A DNA stretch of 64,000 nt from contig OZ024743.1 of assembly GCA_964016885.1 (NCBI GenBank), positions 139,004,001 through 139,068,000 on the forward strand, written 5' to 3'. The DNA comes from Eledone cirrhosa (taxonomy: Eukaryota). The translations under genes were made by a program, and so were the position numbers. Under the pieces are notes generated by a model that ran no database searches, was not told the origin of the DNA, and saw nothing but the letters and a program-made list of their open reading frames with translations. Of this stretch, positions 12,055-25,000 are shown one piece after another. The first letter of the stretch is position 1. Each line of letters starts with the position of its first letter.

Positions 12055-15000
12055 CTTGGTGCTTGGTGTTTGGTGTTTGGTGCTTGGTGTTTGGTGCTTG
12101 GTGCTTGGTGCTTGGTTTTAAGTGTTTGGTGCTTGGTGCTTCGTGTTTGGTGCTTCGTGCTTGGTGCTTGGTGTTTGGTGCATGGTGCTTGATGTTTGGG
12201 GCTTGGTGCCTGGTGCTTGGTGTTTGGTGCTTGGTGCTTGGTGCTTGGTGTTTGGTGTTTGGTGCTTGGTGCTTGGTGTTTGGTGCTTGGTGTTTGGTGC
12301 TTGGTGTTCGGTGCTTGGTGCTTGGTGCTTGGTACTTGGTGTTAGGTTTTTGGTGCTTGGGGCTTGGTGTTTGGTGTTTGGTGCTTGGTGCTTGGTGTTT
12401 GGTGTTTGGTGCTTGGTGTTTGGTGTTTGGTGCTTTGTGCTTGGTGTTTGGTGCTGGGTGTATGGTGTTTGGTGCTTGGTGCTTGGTGCTTGGTGTTTGG
12501 TGTTTTGTGCTTGGTACTTGGTGTTTGGTGTTTGATGCTTGGTGTTTGATGCTTGTTGCTTGGTGCTTGGTGTTTTGTGTTTGGTGTTTGGTGCTTGGTG
12601 TATGTACTTGGTGCTTGGTGCTTGGTGTTTGGTGCTTGGTGTTTGGTGTTTGGTGCTTGGTGTTTGGTACTTGGTGCTTGGTGCTTTGTTTTAAGTGTTT
12701 AGTGCTTGGTGCTTGGTGTTTGGATCTTCGTGCTTGGTGTTTGGTGCATGGTGCTTGGTGTTTGGGGCTTGGTGCCTGGTGCTTTGTGTTTGGTGCTAGG
12801 TGCTTGGTGCTTGGTCTTTGGTGCTTGGTGCTTGGTGCTTGGTGCTTGGTGTTTGGTGCTTGGTGCTTGGTGCTTGGTTATTAGTGTTTGGTGCTTGGTG
12901 CTTGGGGTTTGGTGTTTGGTGCTTGGTGCTTGGTGTTTGGTGTTTGCTGTATGGTGTTTGCTGTTTCGTGTTTGGTGTTTGCTGTTTGGTGTTTAATGCT
13001 TGGTGCTTGGTGCTTGGTGTTTGGTGCTTGGTGCTTGGTGCTTGGTGTTTGGCGTTTGCTCTTTGCTGTTTGGTGTTTGGTGCTTGCTGTTTGGTGTTTG
13101 GTGTTTGGTGTTTGGTGTTTGGTGCTTGCTGTTTGGTGCTTGGTGCTTGGTGTTTGGTGTTTGGTGTTTGGTGCTTGGTGCTTGGTGTTTGGTGGTTGGT
13201 GCTTGGTGCTGGGTGTTTGGTGCTTGGTGCTTGGTGTTTGGTGCTTGGTGCTTGGTGCTTGGTGCTTAGTCTTTGGTGCTTGGTGTTTGGTGTTTGGTGC
13301 TTGGTGCTTGGTGTTTGGTGCTTGGGGCTTGGTGTTTGGTGCTTGGTGATTGCTGCTTGGTGTTTGGTGTTTGGTGCTTGGTGCTTGGTGCTTGGTGATT
13401 AGTGTTTGGTGCTTGGTGCTTGGTGCCTTGTGCTTGGTGCTTGGTGCTTGTTGTTTGGTGCTTGGAGCTTGGTGATTAGTGTTTGGTGCTTGGTGCTTGG
13501 TGCCTGGTGCTTGGTGCTTGTTGTTTGGTGCTTGGTGCTTGGTGATTAATGTTTGGTGCCTGGTGCTTGGTGCTTGCTGTTTGGTGGTTGCTGTTTGGTG
13601 CTTGGTGTTTGGTGCTTGGTGCTTGGTGCTGGGTGGTTGGTGTTTGGTGCTTGGTGCTTGGTGTTTGGTGCTTGGTGCTTGGTGCTTGTTGTTTGGTGCT
13701 TGGTGCTTGGTCTTTGGTGCTTGGTGTTTGGTGTGTGGTGCTTGGTGCTTGGTGCTTGGTTTTTGGTGCTTGGTGCTTGGTGCTTGGTGTTTGGTGCTTG
13801 GTGCTTGGTGCTTGTTGTTTGGTGTTTGGTGCTTGGTGCTTGGTGTTTGGTGCTTGGTGCCTGGTGTTTGGTGTTTGGTGCTTGGTGCTTGGTGTTTGCT
13901 GATTGGTGCTTGGTGCTTGGTGCTTAGTGCTTGGTGTTTGGTGTTTGGTGCTTGGTGTTTGGTGTTTCGTGCTTGGTGTCTAGTGTTTGGGTTTTGGTGT
14001 TTGGTGCTTTGTGCTTAGTGTTTGGTGTTTGGTGCTTGGTGCTTGGTGTTTGGTGTTTGGTGCTTGGTGTTTGGTGCTTGGTGCTTGGTGCTTGGTTTTA
14101 AGTGTTTGGTGCTTGGTGCTTCGTGTTTGGTGCTTCGTGCTTGGTGCTTGGTGTTTGGTGCATGGTGCTTGATGTTTGGGGCTTGGTGCCTGGTGCTTGG
14201 TGTTTGGTGCTTGGTGCTTGGTGCTTGGTGTTTGGTGTTTGGTGCTTGGTGCTTGGTGTTTGGTGCTTGGTGTTTGGTGCTTGGTGTTCGGTGCTTGGTG
14301 CTTGGTGCTTGGTACTTGGTGTTAGGTTTTTGGTGCTTGGGGCTTGGTGTTTGGTGTTTGGTGCTTGGTGCTTGGTGTTTGGTGTTTGGTGCTTGGTGTT
14401 TGGTGTTTGGTGCTTTGTGCTTGGTGTTTGGTGCTGGGTGTATGGTGTTTGGTGCTTGGTGCTTGGTGCTTGGTGTTTGGTGTTTGGTGCTTGGTACTTG
14501 GTGTTTGGTGTTTGATGCTTGGTGTTTGATGCTTGTTGCTTGGTGCTTGGTGTTTTGTGTTTGGTGTTTGGTGCTTGGTGTATGTACTTGGTGCTTGGTG
14601 CTTGGTGTTTGGTGCTTGGTGTTTGGTGTTTGGTGCTTGGTGTTTGGTACTTGGTGCTTGGTGCTTTGTTTTAAGTGTTTAGTGCTTGGTGCTTGGTGTT
14701 TGGAGCTTCGTGCTTGGTGTTTGGAGCATGGTGCTTGGTGTTTGGGGCTTGGTGCCTGGTGCTTTGTGTTTGGTGCTAGGTGCTTGGTGCTTGGTCTTTG
14801 GTGCTTGGTGCTTGGTGCTTGGTGCTTGGTGTTTGGTGCTTGGTGCTTGGTGCTTGGTTATTAGTGTTTGGTGCTTGGTGCTTGGGGTTTGGTGTTTGGT
14901 GCTTGGTGCTTGGTGTTTGGTGTTTGCTGTATGGTGTTTGCTGTTTCGTGTTTGGTGTTTGCTGTTTGGTGTTTAATGCTTGGTGCTTGGTGCTTGGTGT

Positions 15001-16058
15001 TTGGTGCTTGGTGCTTGGTGCTTGGTGTTTGGCGTTTGCTCTTTGCTGTTTGGTGTTTGGTGCTTGCTGTTTGGTGTTTGGTGTTTGGTGTTTGGTGTTT
15101 GGTGCTTGCTGTTTGGTGCTTGGTGCTTGGTGTTTGGTGTTTGGTGTTTGGTGCTTGGTGCTTGGTGTTTGGTGGTTGGTGCTTGGTGCTGGGTGTTTGG
15201 TGCTTGGTGCTTGGTGTTTGGTGCTTGGTGCTTGGTGCTTGGTGCTTAGTCTTTGGTGCTTGGTGTTTGGTGTTTGGTGCTTGGTGCTTGGTGTTTGGTG
15301 CTTGGGGCTTGGTGTTTGGTGCTTGGTGATTGCTGCTTGGTGTTTGGTGTTTGGTGCTTGGTGCTTGGTGCTTGGTGATTAGTGTTTGGTGCTTGGTGCT
15401 TGGTGCCTTGTGCTTGGTGCTTGGTGCTTGTTGTTTGGTGCTTGGAGCTTGGTGATTAGTGTTTGGTGCTTGGTGCTTGGTGCCTGGTGCTTGGTGCTTG
15501 TTGTTTGGTGCTTGGTGCTTGGTGATTAATGTTTGGTGCCTGGTGCTTGGTGCTTGCTGTTTGGTGGTTGCTGTTTGGTGCTTGGTGTTTGGTGCTTGGT
15601 GCTTGGTGCTGGGTGGTTGGTGTTTGGTGCTTGGTGCTTGGTGTTTGGTGCTTGGTGCTTGGTGCTTGTTGTTTGGTGCTTGGTGCTTGGTCTTTGGTGC
15701 TTGGTGTTTGGTGTGTGGTGCTTGGTGCTTGGTGCTTGGTTTTTGGTGCTTGGTGCTTGGTGCTTGGTGTTTGGTGCTTGGTGCTTGGTGCTTGTTGTTT
15801 GGTGTTTGGTGCTTGGTGCTTGGTGTTTGGTGCTTGGTGCCTGGTGTTTGGTGTTTGGTGCTTGGTGCTTGGTGTTTGCTGATTGGTGCTTGGTGCTTGG
15901 TGCTTAGTGCTTGGTGTTTGGTGTTTGGTGCTTGGTGTTTGGTGTTTCGTGCTTGGTGTCTAGTGTTTGGGTTTTGGTGTTTGGTGCTTTGTGCTTAGTG
16001 TTTGGTGTTTGGTGCTTGGTGCTTGGTGTTTGGTGTTTGGTGCTTGGTGTTTGGTGCT
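12055..16058 (+). repeat. Tandem higher-order duplication, 2 x 1980 bp (283 units minus 1 nt)
   Basis: Printed lines 12061-14040 recur at 14041-16020. Differences I could see: 12506 T/14486 G, 12725 T/14705 G, 12745 T/14725 A. Confidence 0.95.
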
Positions 16059-19000
16059 GGGTGCTTTGTGCTTGGTGTTTGGTGCTGGGTGTATGGTGTT
16101 TGGTGCTTGGTGCTTGGTGCTTGGTGTTTGGTGTTTGGTGCTTGGTACTTGGTGTTTGGTGTTTGATGCTTGGTGTTTGATGCTTGTTGCTTGGTGCTTG
16201 GTGTTTTGTGTTTGGTGTTTGGTGCTTGGTGTATGTACTTGGTGCTTGGTGCTTGGTGTTTGGTGCTTGGTTCTTTGTGTTTGGTGCTTGGTGCTTGGTG
16301 TTTGGTGCTTGGTGTTTGGTGTTTGGTGCTTGGTGTTTGGTACTTGGTGCTTGGTGCTTGGTGTTAAGTGTTTGGTGCTTGGTGCTTGGTGTTTGGTGCT
16401 TCGTGCTTGGTTCTTGGTGTTTGGTGCATGGTGCTTGGTGTTTGGGGCTTGGTGCCTGGTGCTTTGTGTTTGGTGCTAGGTGCTTGGTGCTTGGTCTTTG
16501 GTGTTTGGTGCTTGGTGCTTGGTGCTTGGTGTTTGGTGCTTGGTGCTTGGTGCTTGGTTATTAATGTTTGGTGCTTGGTGCTTGGGGTTTGGTGTTTGGT
16601 GCTTGGTGCTTGGTGTTTGGTGTTTGTTGTATGGTGTTTGCTGTTTCGTGTTTGGTGTTTGCTGTTTGGTGTTTAATGCTTGGTGCTTGGTGCTTGGTGT
16701 TTGGTGCTTGGTGCTTGGTGCTTGGTGTTTGGCGTTTGCTCTTTGCTGTTTGGTGTTTGGTGCTTGCTGTTTGGTGTTTGGTGTTTGGTGTTTGGTGTTT
16801 GGTGCTTGCTGTTTGGTGCTTGGTGCTTGGTGCTGGGTGTTTGGTGCTTGGTGCTGGGTGTTTGGTGCTTGGTGCTTGGTGTTTGGTCCTTGGTGCTTGG
16901 TGCTTGGTCTTTGGTGCTTGGGGTTTGGTGTTTGGTGCTTGGTGCTCGGTGTTTGGTGCTTGGTGCTTGGTGCTTGGTGTTTGGTGTTTGGTGCTTGCTG
17001 CTTGGTGCTTGGTGTTTGGTGCTTGGTCCTTGGTGATTAGTGTCTGGTGCATGGTGCTTGGTGTTTGTTGTTTGGTGCTTGGTGCTTGGTGTTTGGTGCT
17101 TGGTGCTTGCTGTTTGGTGTTTGGTGTTTGGTGCTTGGTGCTTGGTGTTTGGTGCTTGGTGTTTGGTTCTTGGTGTATGTACTTGGTGCTTGGTGCTTGG
17201 TGTTTGGTGCTTGGTTCTTGGTGTTTGGTGCTTGGTGTTTGGTGCTTGGTGTTTGGTGCTTGGTGCTTGGTGTTTGGTACTTGGTGCTTGGTGATTAGTG
17301 TTTGGTGCATGGTGCTTGGTGTTTGTTGTTTGGTGCTTGGTGCTTGGTGATTGGTGCTTGGTGCTTGCTGTTTGGTGTTTGGTGTTTGGTGCTTGGTGCT
17401 TGGTGTTTGGTGCTTGGTGTTTGGTTCTTGGTGTATGTACTTGGTGCTTGGTGCTTGGTGTTTGGTGCTTGGTTCTTGGTGTTTGGTGCTTGGTGTTTGG
17501 TGTTTGGTGCTTGGTGTTTGGTGCTTGGTGCTTGGTGCTTGGTGTTAAGTGTTTGGTGCATGGTGCTTGGTGTTTGGTGCTTCGTGCTTGGTGCTTGGTG
17601 TTTGGTGCATGGTGCTTGATGTTTGGGGCTTGGTGCCTGGTGCTTGGTGTTTGGTGCTTGGTGCTTGGTGCTTGGTGTTTGGTGTTTGGTGCTTGGTGCT
17701 TGGTGTTTGGTGCTTGGTGTTTGGTGCTTGGTGTTCGGTGCTTGGTGCTTGGTGCTTGGTACTTGGTGTTAGGTTTTTGGTGCTTGGGGCTTGGTGTTTG
17801 GTGTTTGGTGCTTGGTGCTTGGTGTTTGGTGTTTGGTGCTTGGTGTTTGGTGCTTGGTGCTTTGTGCTTGGTGTTTGGTGCTGGGTGTATGGTGTTTGGT
17901 GCTTGGTGCTTGGTGCTTGGTGTTTGGTGTTTGGTGCTTGGTACTTGGTGTTTGGTGTTTGATGCTTGGTGTTTGATGCTTGTTGCTTGGTGCTTGGTGT
18001 TTTGTGTTTGGTGTTTGGTGCTTGGTGTTTGGTGCTTGGTGCTTGGTGTTTGGTGCTTGGTGTTTGGTGTTTGGTGCTTGGTGTTTGTTACTTGGTGCTT
18101 GGTGCTTGGTGTTAAGTGTTTGGTGCTTGGTGCTTGGTGTTTGGTGCTTCGTGCTTGGTGCTTGGTGTCTGGTGCATGGTGCTTGGTGTTTGAGGCTTGG
18201 TACCTGGTGCTTTGTGTTTGGTGCTAGGTGCTTGGTGCTTGGTCTTTGGTGTTTGGTGTTGGTGCTTGGTGCTTGGTGTTTGGTGCTTGGTGATTGGTGC
18301 TTGGTGCTTGGTTATTAGTGTTTGGTGCTTGGTGCTTGTGGTTTGGTGTTTGGTGCTTGGTGCTTGGTGTTTGGTGTTTGCTGTATGGTGTTTGCTGTTT
18401 CGTGTTTGGTGTTTGCTGTTTGGTGTTTAATGCTTGGTGCATGGTGTTTGGTGTTTGGTGTTTGGTGTTTGGTGTTTGGTGCTTGCTGTTTGGTGCTTGG
18501 TGCTTGGTGTTTGGTGTTTGGTGTTTGGTGCTTGGTGCTTGGTGTTTGGTGCTTGGTGCTTGGTGCTGGGTGTTTGGTGCTTGGTGCTTGGTGTTTGGTG
18601 CTTGGTGCTTGATGCTTGGTGCTTGGTGTTTGTTGTTTGGTGCTTGGTGCTTGGTGTTTGGTGCTTGGTGCTTGCTGTTTGGTGTTTGGTGTTTGGTGCT
18701 TGGTGCTTGGTCTTTGGTGTTTGGTGTTTGGTGTTTGGTGCTAGGTGCTTGGTGTTTGGTGCTTGGTGTTTGGTGCTTGGTGTTCGGTGCTTGGTGCTTG
18801 GTGCTTGGTACTTGGTGTTAGGTTTTTGGTGCTTGGGGCTTGGTGTTTGGTGTTTGGTGCTTGGTGCTTGGTATTTGGTGTTTGGTGCTTGGTGTTTGGT
18901 GTTTGGTGCTTTGTGCTTGGTGTTTGGTGCTGGGTGTATGGTGTTTGGTGCTTGGTGCTTGGTGCTTGGTGTTTGGTGTTTGGTGCTTGGTACTTGGTGT

Positions 19001-22000
19001 TTGGTGTTTGATGCTTGGTGTTTGATGCTTGTTGCTTGGTGCTTGGTGTTTTGTGTTTGGTGTTTGGTGCTTGGTGTATGTACTTGGTGCTTGGTGCTTG
19101 GTGTTTGGTGCTTGGTTCTTGGTGTTTGGTGCTTGGTGCTTGGTGCTTGGTGTTTGGTGCTTGGTGCTTGGTGTTTGGTGCTTGGTGTTTGGTGTTTGGT
19201 GCTTGGTGTTTGGTACTTGGTGCTTGGTGCTTGGTTTTAAGTGTTTAGTGCTTGGTGCTTGGTGTTTGGTGCTTCGTGCTTGGTGCTTGGTGTTTGGTGC
19301 ATGGTGCTTGGTGTTTGGGGCTTGGTGCCTGGTGCTTTGTGTTTGGTGCTAGGAGCTTGGTGCTTGGTCTTTGGTGCTTGGTGCTTGGTGCTTGGTGCTT
19401 GGTGTTTGGTGCTTGGTGCTTGGTGCTTGGTTATTAGTGTTTGGTGCTTGGTGCTTGGGGTTTGGTGTTTGGTGCTTGGTGCTTGGTGTTTGGTGTTTGC
19501 TGTATGGTGTTTGCTGTTTGGTGTTTGGTGTTTGCTGTTTGGTGTTTAGTGCTTGGTGCTTGGTGCTTGGTGTTTGGTGGTTGGTGCTTGGTGCTTGGTG
19601 TTTGGCGTTTGCTCTTTGCTGTTTGGTGTTTGGTGCTTGCTGTTTGGTGGTTGGTGTTTGGTGTTTGGTGTTTGGTGCTTGCTGTTTGGTGCTTGGTGCT
19701 TGGTGTTTGGTGTTTGGTGTTTGGTGCTTGGTGCTTGGTGTTTGGTGGTTGGTGCTTGGTGCTGGGTGTTTGGTGCTTGTTGCTTGGTGCTTGGTGCTTG
19801 GTGCTTGGTGCTTGGTGCTTGGTCTTTGGTGCTTGGTGTTTGGTGTTTGGTGCTTGGTGCTTGGTGTTTGGTGCTTGGGGCTTGGTGTTTGGTGCTTGGT
19901 GATTGCTGCTTGGTGTTTGGTGTTTGGTGCTTGGTGCTTGGTGCTTGGTGATTAGTGTTTGGTGCTTGGTGCTTGGTGCCTTGTGCTTGGTGCTTGGTGC
20001 TTGTTGTTTGGTGCTTGGTGCTTGGTGATTAGTGTTTGGTGCTTGGTGCTTGGTGCCTGGTGCTTGGTGCTTGTTGTTTGGTGCTTGGTGCTTGGTGATT
20101 AGTGTTTGGTGCCTGGTGCTTGGTGCTTGCTGTTTGGTGGTTGCTGTTTGGTGCTTGGTGTTTGGTGCTTGGTGCTTGGTGCTGGGTGGTTGGTGTTTGG
20201 TGCTTGGTGCTTGGTGTTTGGTGCTTGGTGCTTGGTGCTTGTTGTTTGGTGCTTGGTGCTTGGTCTTTGGTGCTTGGTGCTTGGTGTTTGGTGTTTGGTG
20301 TTTGGTGTTTCGTGCTTGGTGTCTAGTGTTTGGGTTTTGGTGTTTGGCGCTTGGTGCTTAGTGTTTGGTGTTTGGTGCTTGGTGCTTGGTGTTTGGTGTT
20401 TGGTGCTTGGTGTTTGGTGCTGGGTGCTTTGTGCTTGGTGTTTGGTGCTGGGTGTATGGTGTTTGGTGCTTGGTGCTTGGTGCTTGGTGTTTGGTGTTTG
20501 GTGCTTGGTACTTGGTGTTTGGTGTTTGATGCTTGGTGTTTGATGCTTGTTGCTTGGTGCTTGGTGTTTTGTGTTTGGTGTTTGGTACTTGGTGTATGTA
20601 CTTGGTGCTTGGTGCTTGGTGTTTGGTGCTTGGTTCTTGGTGTTTGGTGCTTGGTGCTTGGTGTTTGGTGCTTGGTGTTTGGTGTTTGGTGCTTGGTGTT
20701 TGGTACTTGGTGCTTGGTGCTTGGTGTTAAGTGTTTGGTGCTTGGTGCTTGGTGTTTGGTGCTTGGTGCTTGGTGCTTGGTGTTTGGTGCTTGGTGCTTG
20801 GTGCTTGGTTATTAGTGTTTGGTGCTTGGTGCTTGGGGTTTGGTGTTTGGTGCTTGGTGCTTGGTGTTTGGTGTTTGCTGTATGGTGTTTGCTGTTTCGT
20901 GTTTGGTGTTTGCTGTTTGGTGTTTAATGCTTGGTGCTTGGTGCTTGGTGTTTGGTGCTTGGTGCTTGGTGCTTGGTGTTTGGCGTTTGCTCTTTGCTGT
21001 TTGGTGTTTGGTGCTTGCTGTTTGGTGTTTGGTGTTTGGTGTTTGGTGTTTGGTGCTTGCTGTTTGGTGCTTGGTGCTTGGTGTTTGGTGTTTGGTGTTT
21101 GGTGCTTGGTGCTTGGTGTTTGGTGGTTGGTGCTTGGTGCTGGGTGTTTGGTGCTTGGTGCTTGGTGTTTGGTGCTTGGTGCTTGGTGCTTGGTGCTTAG
21201 TCTTTGGTGCTTGGTGTTTGGTGTTTGGTGCTTGGTGCTTGGTGTTTGGTGCTTGGGGCTTGGTGTTTGGTGCTTGGTGATTGCTGCTTGGTGTTTGGTG
21301 TTTGGTGCTTGGTGCTTGGTGCTTGGTGATTAGTGTTTGGTGCTTGGTGCTTGGTGCCTTGTGCTTGGTGCTTGGTGCTTGTTGTTTGGTGCTTGGAGCT
21401 TGGTGATTAGTGTTTGGTGCTTGGTGCTTGGTGCCTGGTGCTTGGTGCTTGTTGTTTGGTGCTTGGTGCTTGGTGATTAATGTTTGGTGCCTGGTGCTTG
21501 GTGCTTGCTGTTTGGTGGTTGCTGTTTGGTGCTTGGTGTTTGGTGCTTGGTGCTTGGTGCTGGGTGGTTGGTGTTTGGTGCTTGGTGCTTGGTGTTTGGT
21601 GCTTGGTGCTTGGTGCTTGTTGTTTGGTGCTTGGTGCTTGGTCTTTGGTGCTTGGTGTTTGGTGTGTGGTGCTTGGTGCTTGGTGCTTGGTTTTTGGTGC
21701 TTGGTGCTTGGTGCTTGGTGTTTGGTGCTTGGTGCTTGGTGCTTGTTGTTTGGTGTTTGGTGCTTGGTGCTTGGTGTTTGGTGCTTGGTGCCTGGTGTTT
21801 GGTGTTTGGTGCTTGGTGCTTGGTGTTTGCTGATTGGTGCTTGGTGCTTGGTGCTTAGTGCTTGGTGTTTGGTGTTTGGTGTTTGGTGTTTGGTGTTTCG
21901 TGCTTGGTGTCTAGTGTTTGGGTTTTGGTGTTTGGTGCTTTGTGCTTAGTGTTTGGTGTTTGGTGCTTGGTGCTTGGTGTTTGGTGTTTGGTGCTTGGTG

Positions 22001-25000
22001 TTTGGTGCTGGGTGCTTTGTGCTTGGTGTTTGGTGCTGGGTGTATGGTGTTTGGTGCTTGGTGCTTGGTGCTTGGTGTTTGGTGTTTGGTGCTTGGTACT
22101 TGGTGTTTGGTGTTTGATGCTTGGTGTTTGATGCTTGTTGCTTGGTGCTTGGTGTTTTGTGTTTGGTGTTTGGTGCTTGGTGTATGTACTTGGTGCTTGG
22201 TGCTTGGTGTTTGGTGCTTGGTTCTTTGTGTTTGGTGCTTGGTGCTTGGTGTTTGGTGCTTGGTGTTTGGTGTTTGGTGCTTGGTGTTTGGTACTTGGTG
22301 CTTGGTGCTTGGTGTTAAGTGTTTGGTGCTTGGTGCTTGGTGTTTGGTGCTTCGTGCTTGGTTCTTGGTGTTTGGTGCATGGTGCTTGGTGTTTGGGGCT
22401 TGGTGCCTGGTGCTTTGTGTTTGGTGCTAGGTGCTTGGTGCTTGGTCTTTGGTGTTTGGTGCTTGGTGCTTGGTGCTTGGTGTTTGGTGCTTGGTGCTTG
22501 GTGCTTGGTTATTAATGTTTGGTGCTTGGTGCTTGGGGTTTGGTGTTTGGTGCTTGGTGCTTGGTGTTTGGTGTTTGTTGTATGGTGTTTGCTGTTTCGT
22601 GTTTGGTGTTTGCTGTTTGGTGTTTAATGCTTGGTGCTTGGTGCTTGGTGTTTGGTGCTTGGTGCTTGGTGCTTGGTGTTTGGCGTTTGCTCTTTGCTGT
22701 TTGGTGTTTGGTGCTTGCTGTTTGGTGTTTGGTGTTTGGTGTTTGGTGTTTGGTGCTTGCTGTTTGGTGCTTGGTGCTTGGTGCTGGGTGTTTGGTGCTT
22801 GGTGCTGGGTGTTTGGTGCTTGGTGCTTGGTGTTTGGTCCTTGGTGCTTGGTGCTTGGTCTTTGGTGCTTGGGGTTTGGTGTTTGGTGCTTGGTGCTCGG
22901 TGTTTGGTGCTTGGTGCTTGGTGCTTGGTGTTTGGTGTTTGGTGCTTGCTGCTTGGTGCTTGGTGTTTGGTGCTTGGTCCTTGGTGATTAGTGTTTGGTG
23001 CATGGTGCTTGGTGTTTGTTGTTTGGTGCTTGGTGCTTGGTGTTTGGTGCTTGGTGCTTGCTGTTTGGTGTTTGGTGTTTGGTGCTTGGTGCTTGGTGTT
23101 TGGTGCTTGGTGTTTGGTTCTTGGTGTATGTACTTGGTGCTTGGTGCTTGGTGTTTGGTGCTTGGTTCTTGGTGTTTGGTGCTTGGTGTTTGGTGCTTGG
23201 TGTTTGGTGCTTGGTGCTTGGTGTTTGGTACTTGGTGCTTGGTGATTAGTGTTTGGTGCATGGTGCTTGGTGTTTGTTGTTTGGTGCTTGGTGCTTGGTG
23301 ATTGGTGCTTGGTGCTTGCTGTTTGGTGTTTGGTGTTTGGTGCTTGGTGCTTGGTGTTTGGTGCTTGGTGTTTGGTTCTTGGTGTATGTACTTGGTGCTT
23401 GGTGCTTGGTGTTTGGTGCTTGGTTCTTGGTGTTTGGTGCTTGGTGTTTGGTGTTTGGTGCTTGGTGTTTGGTGCTTGGTGCTTGGTGCTTGGTGTTAAG
23501 TGTTTGGTGCATGGTGCTTGGTGTTTGGTGCTTCGTGCTTGGTGCTTGGTGTTTGGTGCATGGTGCTTGATGTTTGGGGCTTGGTGCCTGGTGCTTGGTG
23601 TTTGGTGCTTGGTGCTTGGTGCTTGGTGTTTGGTGTTTGGTGCTTGGTGCTTGGTGTTTGGTGCTTGGTGTTTGGTGCTTGGTGTTCGGTGCTTGGTGCT
23701 TGGTGCTTGGTACTTGGTGTTAGGTTTTTGGTGCTTGGGGCTTGGTGTTTGGTGTTTGGTGCTTGGTGCTTGGTGTTTGGTGTTTGGTGCTTGGTGTTTG
23801 GTGCTTGGTGCTTTGTGCTTGGTGTTTGGTGCTGGGTGTATGGTGTTTGGTGCTTGGTGCTTGGTGCTTGGTGTTTGGTGTTTGGTGCTTGGTACTTGAT
23901 GTTTGGTGTTTGATGCTTGGTGTTTGATGCTTGTTGCTTGGTGCTTGGTGTTTTGTGTTTGGTGTTTGGTGCTTGGTGTTTGGTGCTTGGTGCTTGGTGT
24001 TTGGTGCTTGGTGTTTGGTGTTTGGTGCTTGGTGTTTGTTACTTGGTGCTTGGTGCTTGGTGTTAAGTGTTTGGTGCTTGGTGCTTGGTGTTTGGTGCTT
24101 CGTGCTTGGTGCTTGGTGTCTGGTGCATGGTGCTTGGTGTTTGAGGCTTGGTACCTGGTGCTTTGTGTTTGGTGCTAGGTGCTTGGTGCTTGGTCTTTGG
24201 TGTTTGGTGTTGGTGCTTGGTGCTTGGTGTTTGGTGCTTGGTGATTGGTGCTTGGTGCTTGGTTATTAGTGTTTGGTGCTTGGTGCTTGTGGTTTGGTGT
24301 TTGGTGCTTGGTGCTTGGTGTTTGGTGTTTGCTGTATGGTGTTTGCTGTTTCGTGTTTGGTGTTTGCTGTTTGGTGTTTAATGCTTGGTGCATGGTGTTT
24401 GGTGTTTGGTGTTTGGTGTTTGGTGTTTGGTGCTTGCTGTTTGGTGCTTGGTGCTTGGTGTTTGGTGTTTGGTGTTTGGTGCTTGGTGCTTGGTGTTTGG
24501 TGCTTGGTGCTTGGTGCTGGGTGTTTGGTGCTTGGTGCTTGGTGTTTGGTGCTTGGTGCTTGCTGCTTGGTGTTTGGTGTTTGGTGCTTGGTGCTTGGTC
24601 TTTGGTGTTTGGTGTTTGGTGTTTGGTGCTAGGTGCTTGGTGTTTGGTGCTTGGTGTTTGGTGCTTGGTGTTCGGTGCTTGGTGCTTGGTGCTTGGTACT
24701 TGGTGTTAGGTTTTTGGTGCTTGGGGCTTGGTGTTTGGTGTTTGGTGCTTGGTGCTTGGTATTTGGTGTTTGGTGCTTGGTGTTTGGTGTTTGGTGCTTT
24801 GTGCTTGGTGTTTGGTGCTGGGTGTATGGTGTTTGGTGCTTGGTGCTTGGTGCTTGGTGTTTGGTGTTTGGTGCTTGGTACTTGGTGTTTGGTGTTTGAT
24901 GCTTGGTGTTTGATGCTTGTTGCTTGGTGCTTGGTGTTTTGTGTTTGGTGTTTGGTGCTTGGTGTATGTACTTGGTGCTTGGTGCTTGGTGTTTGGTGCT

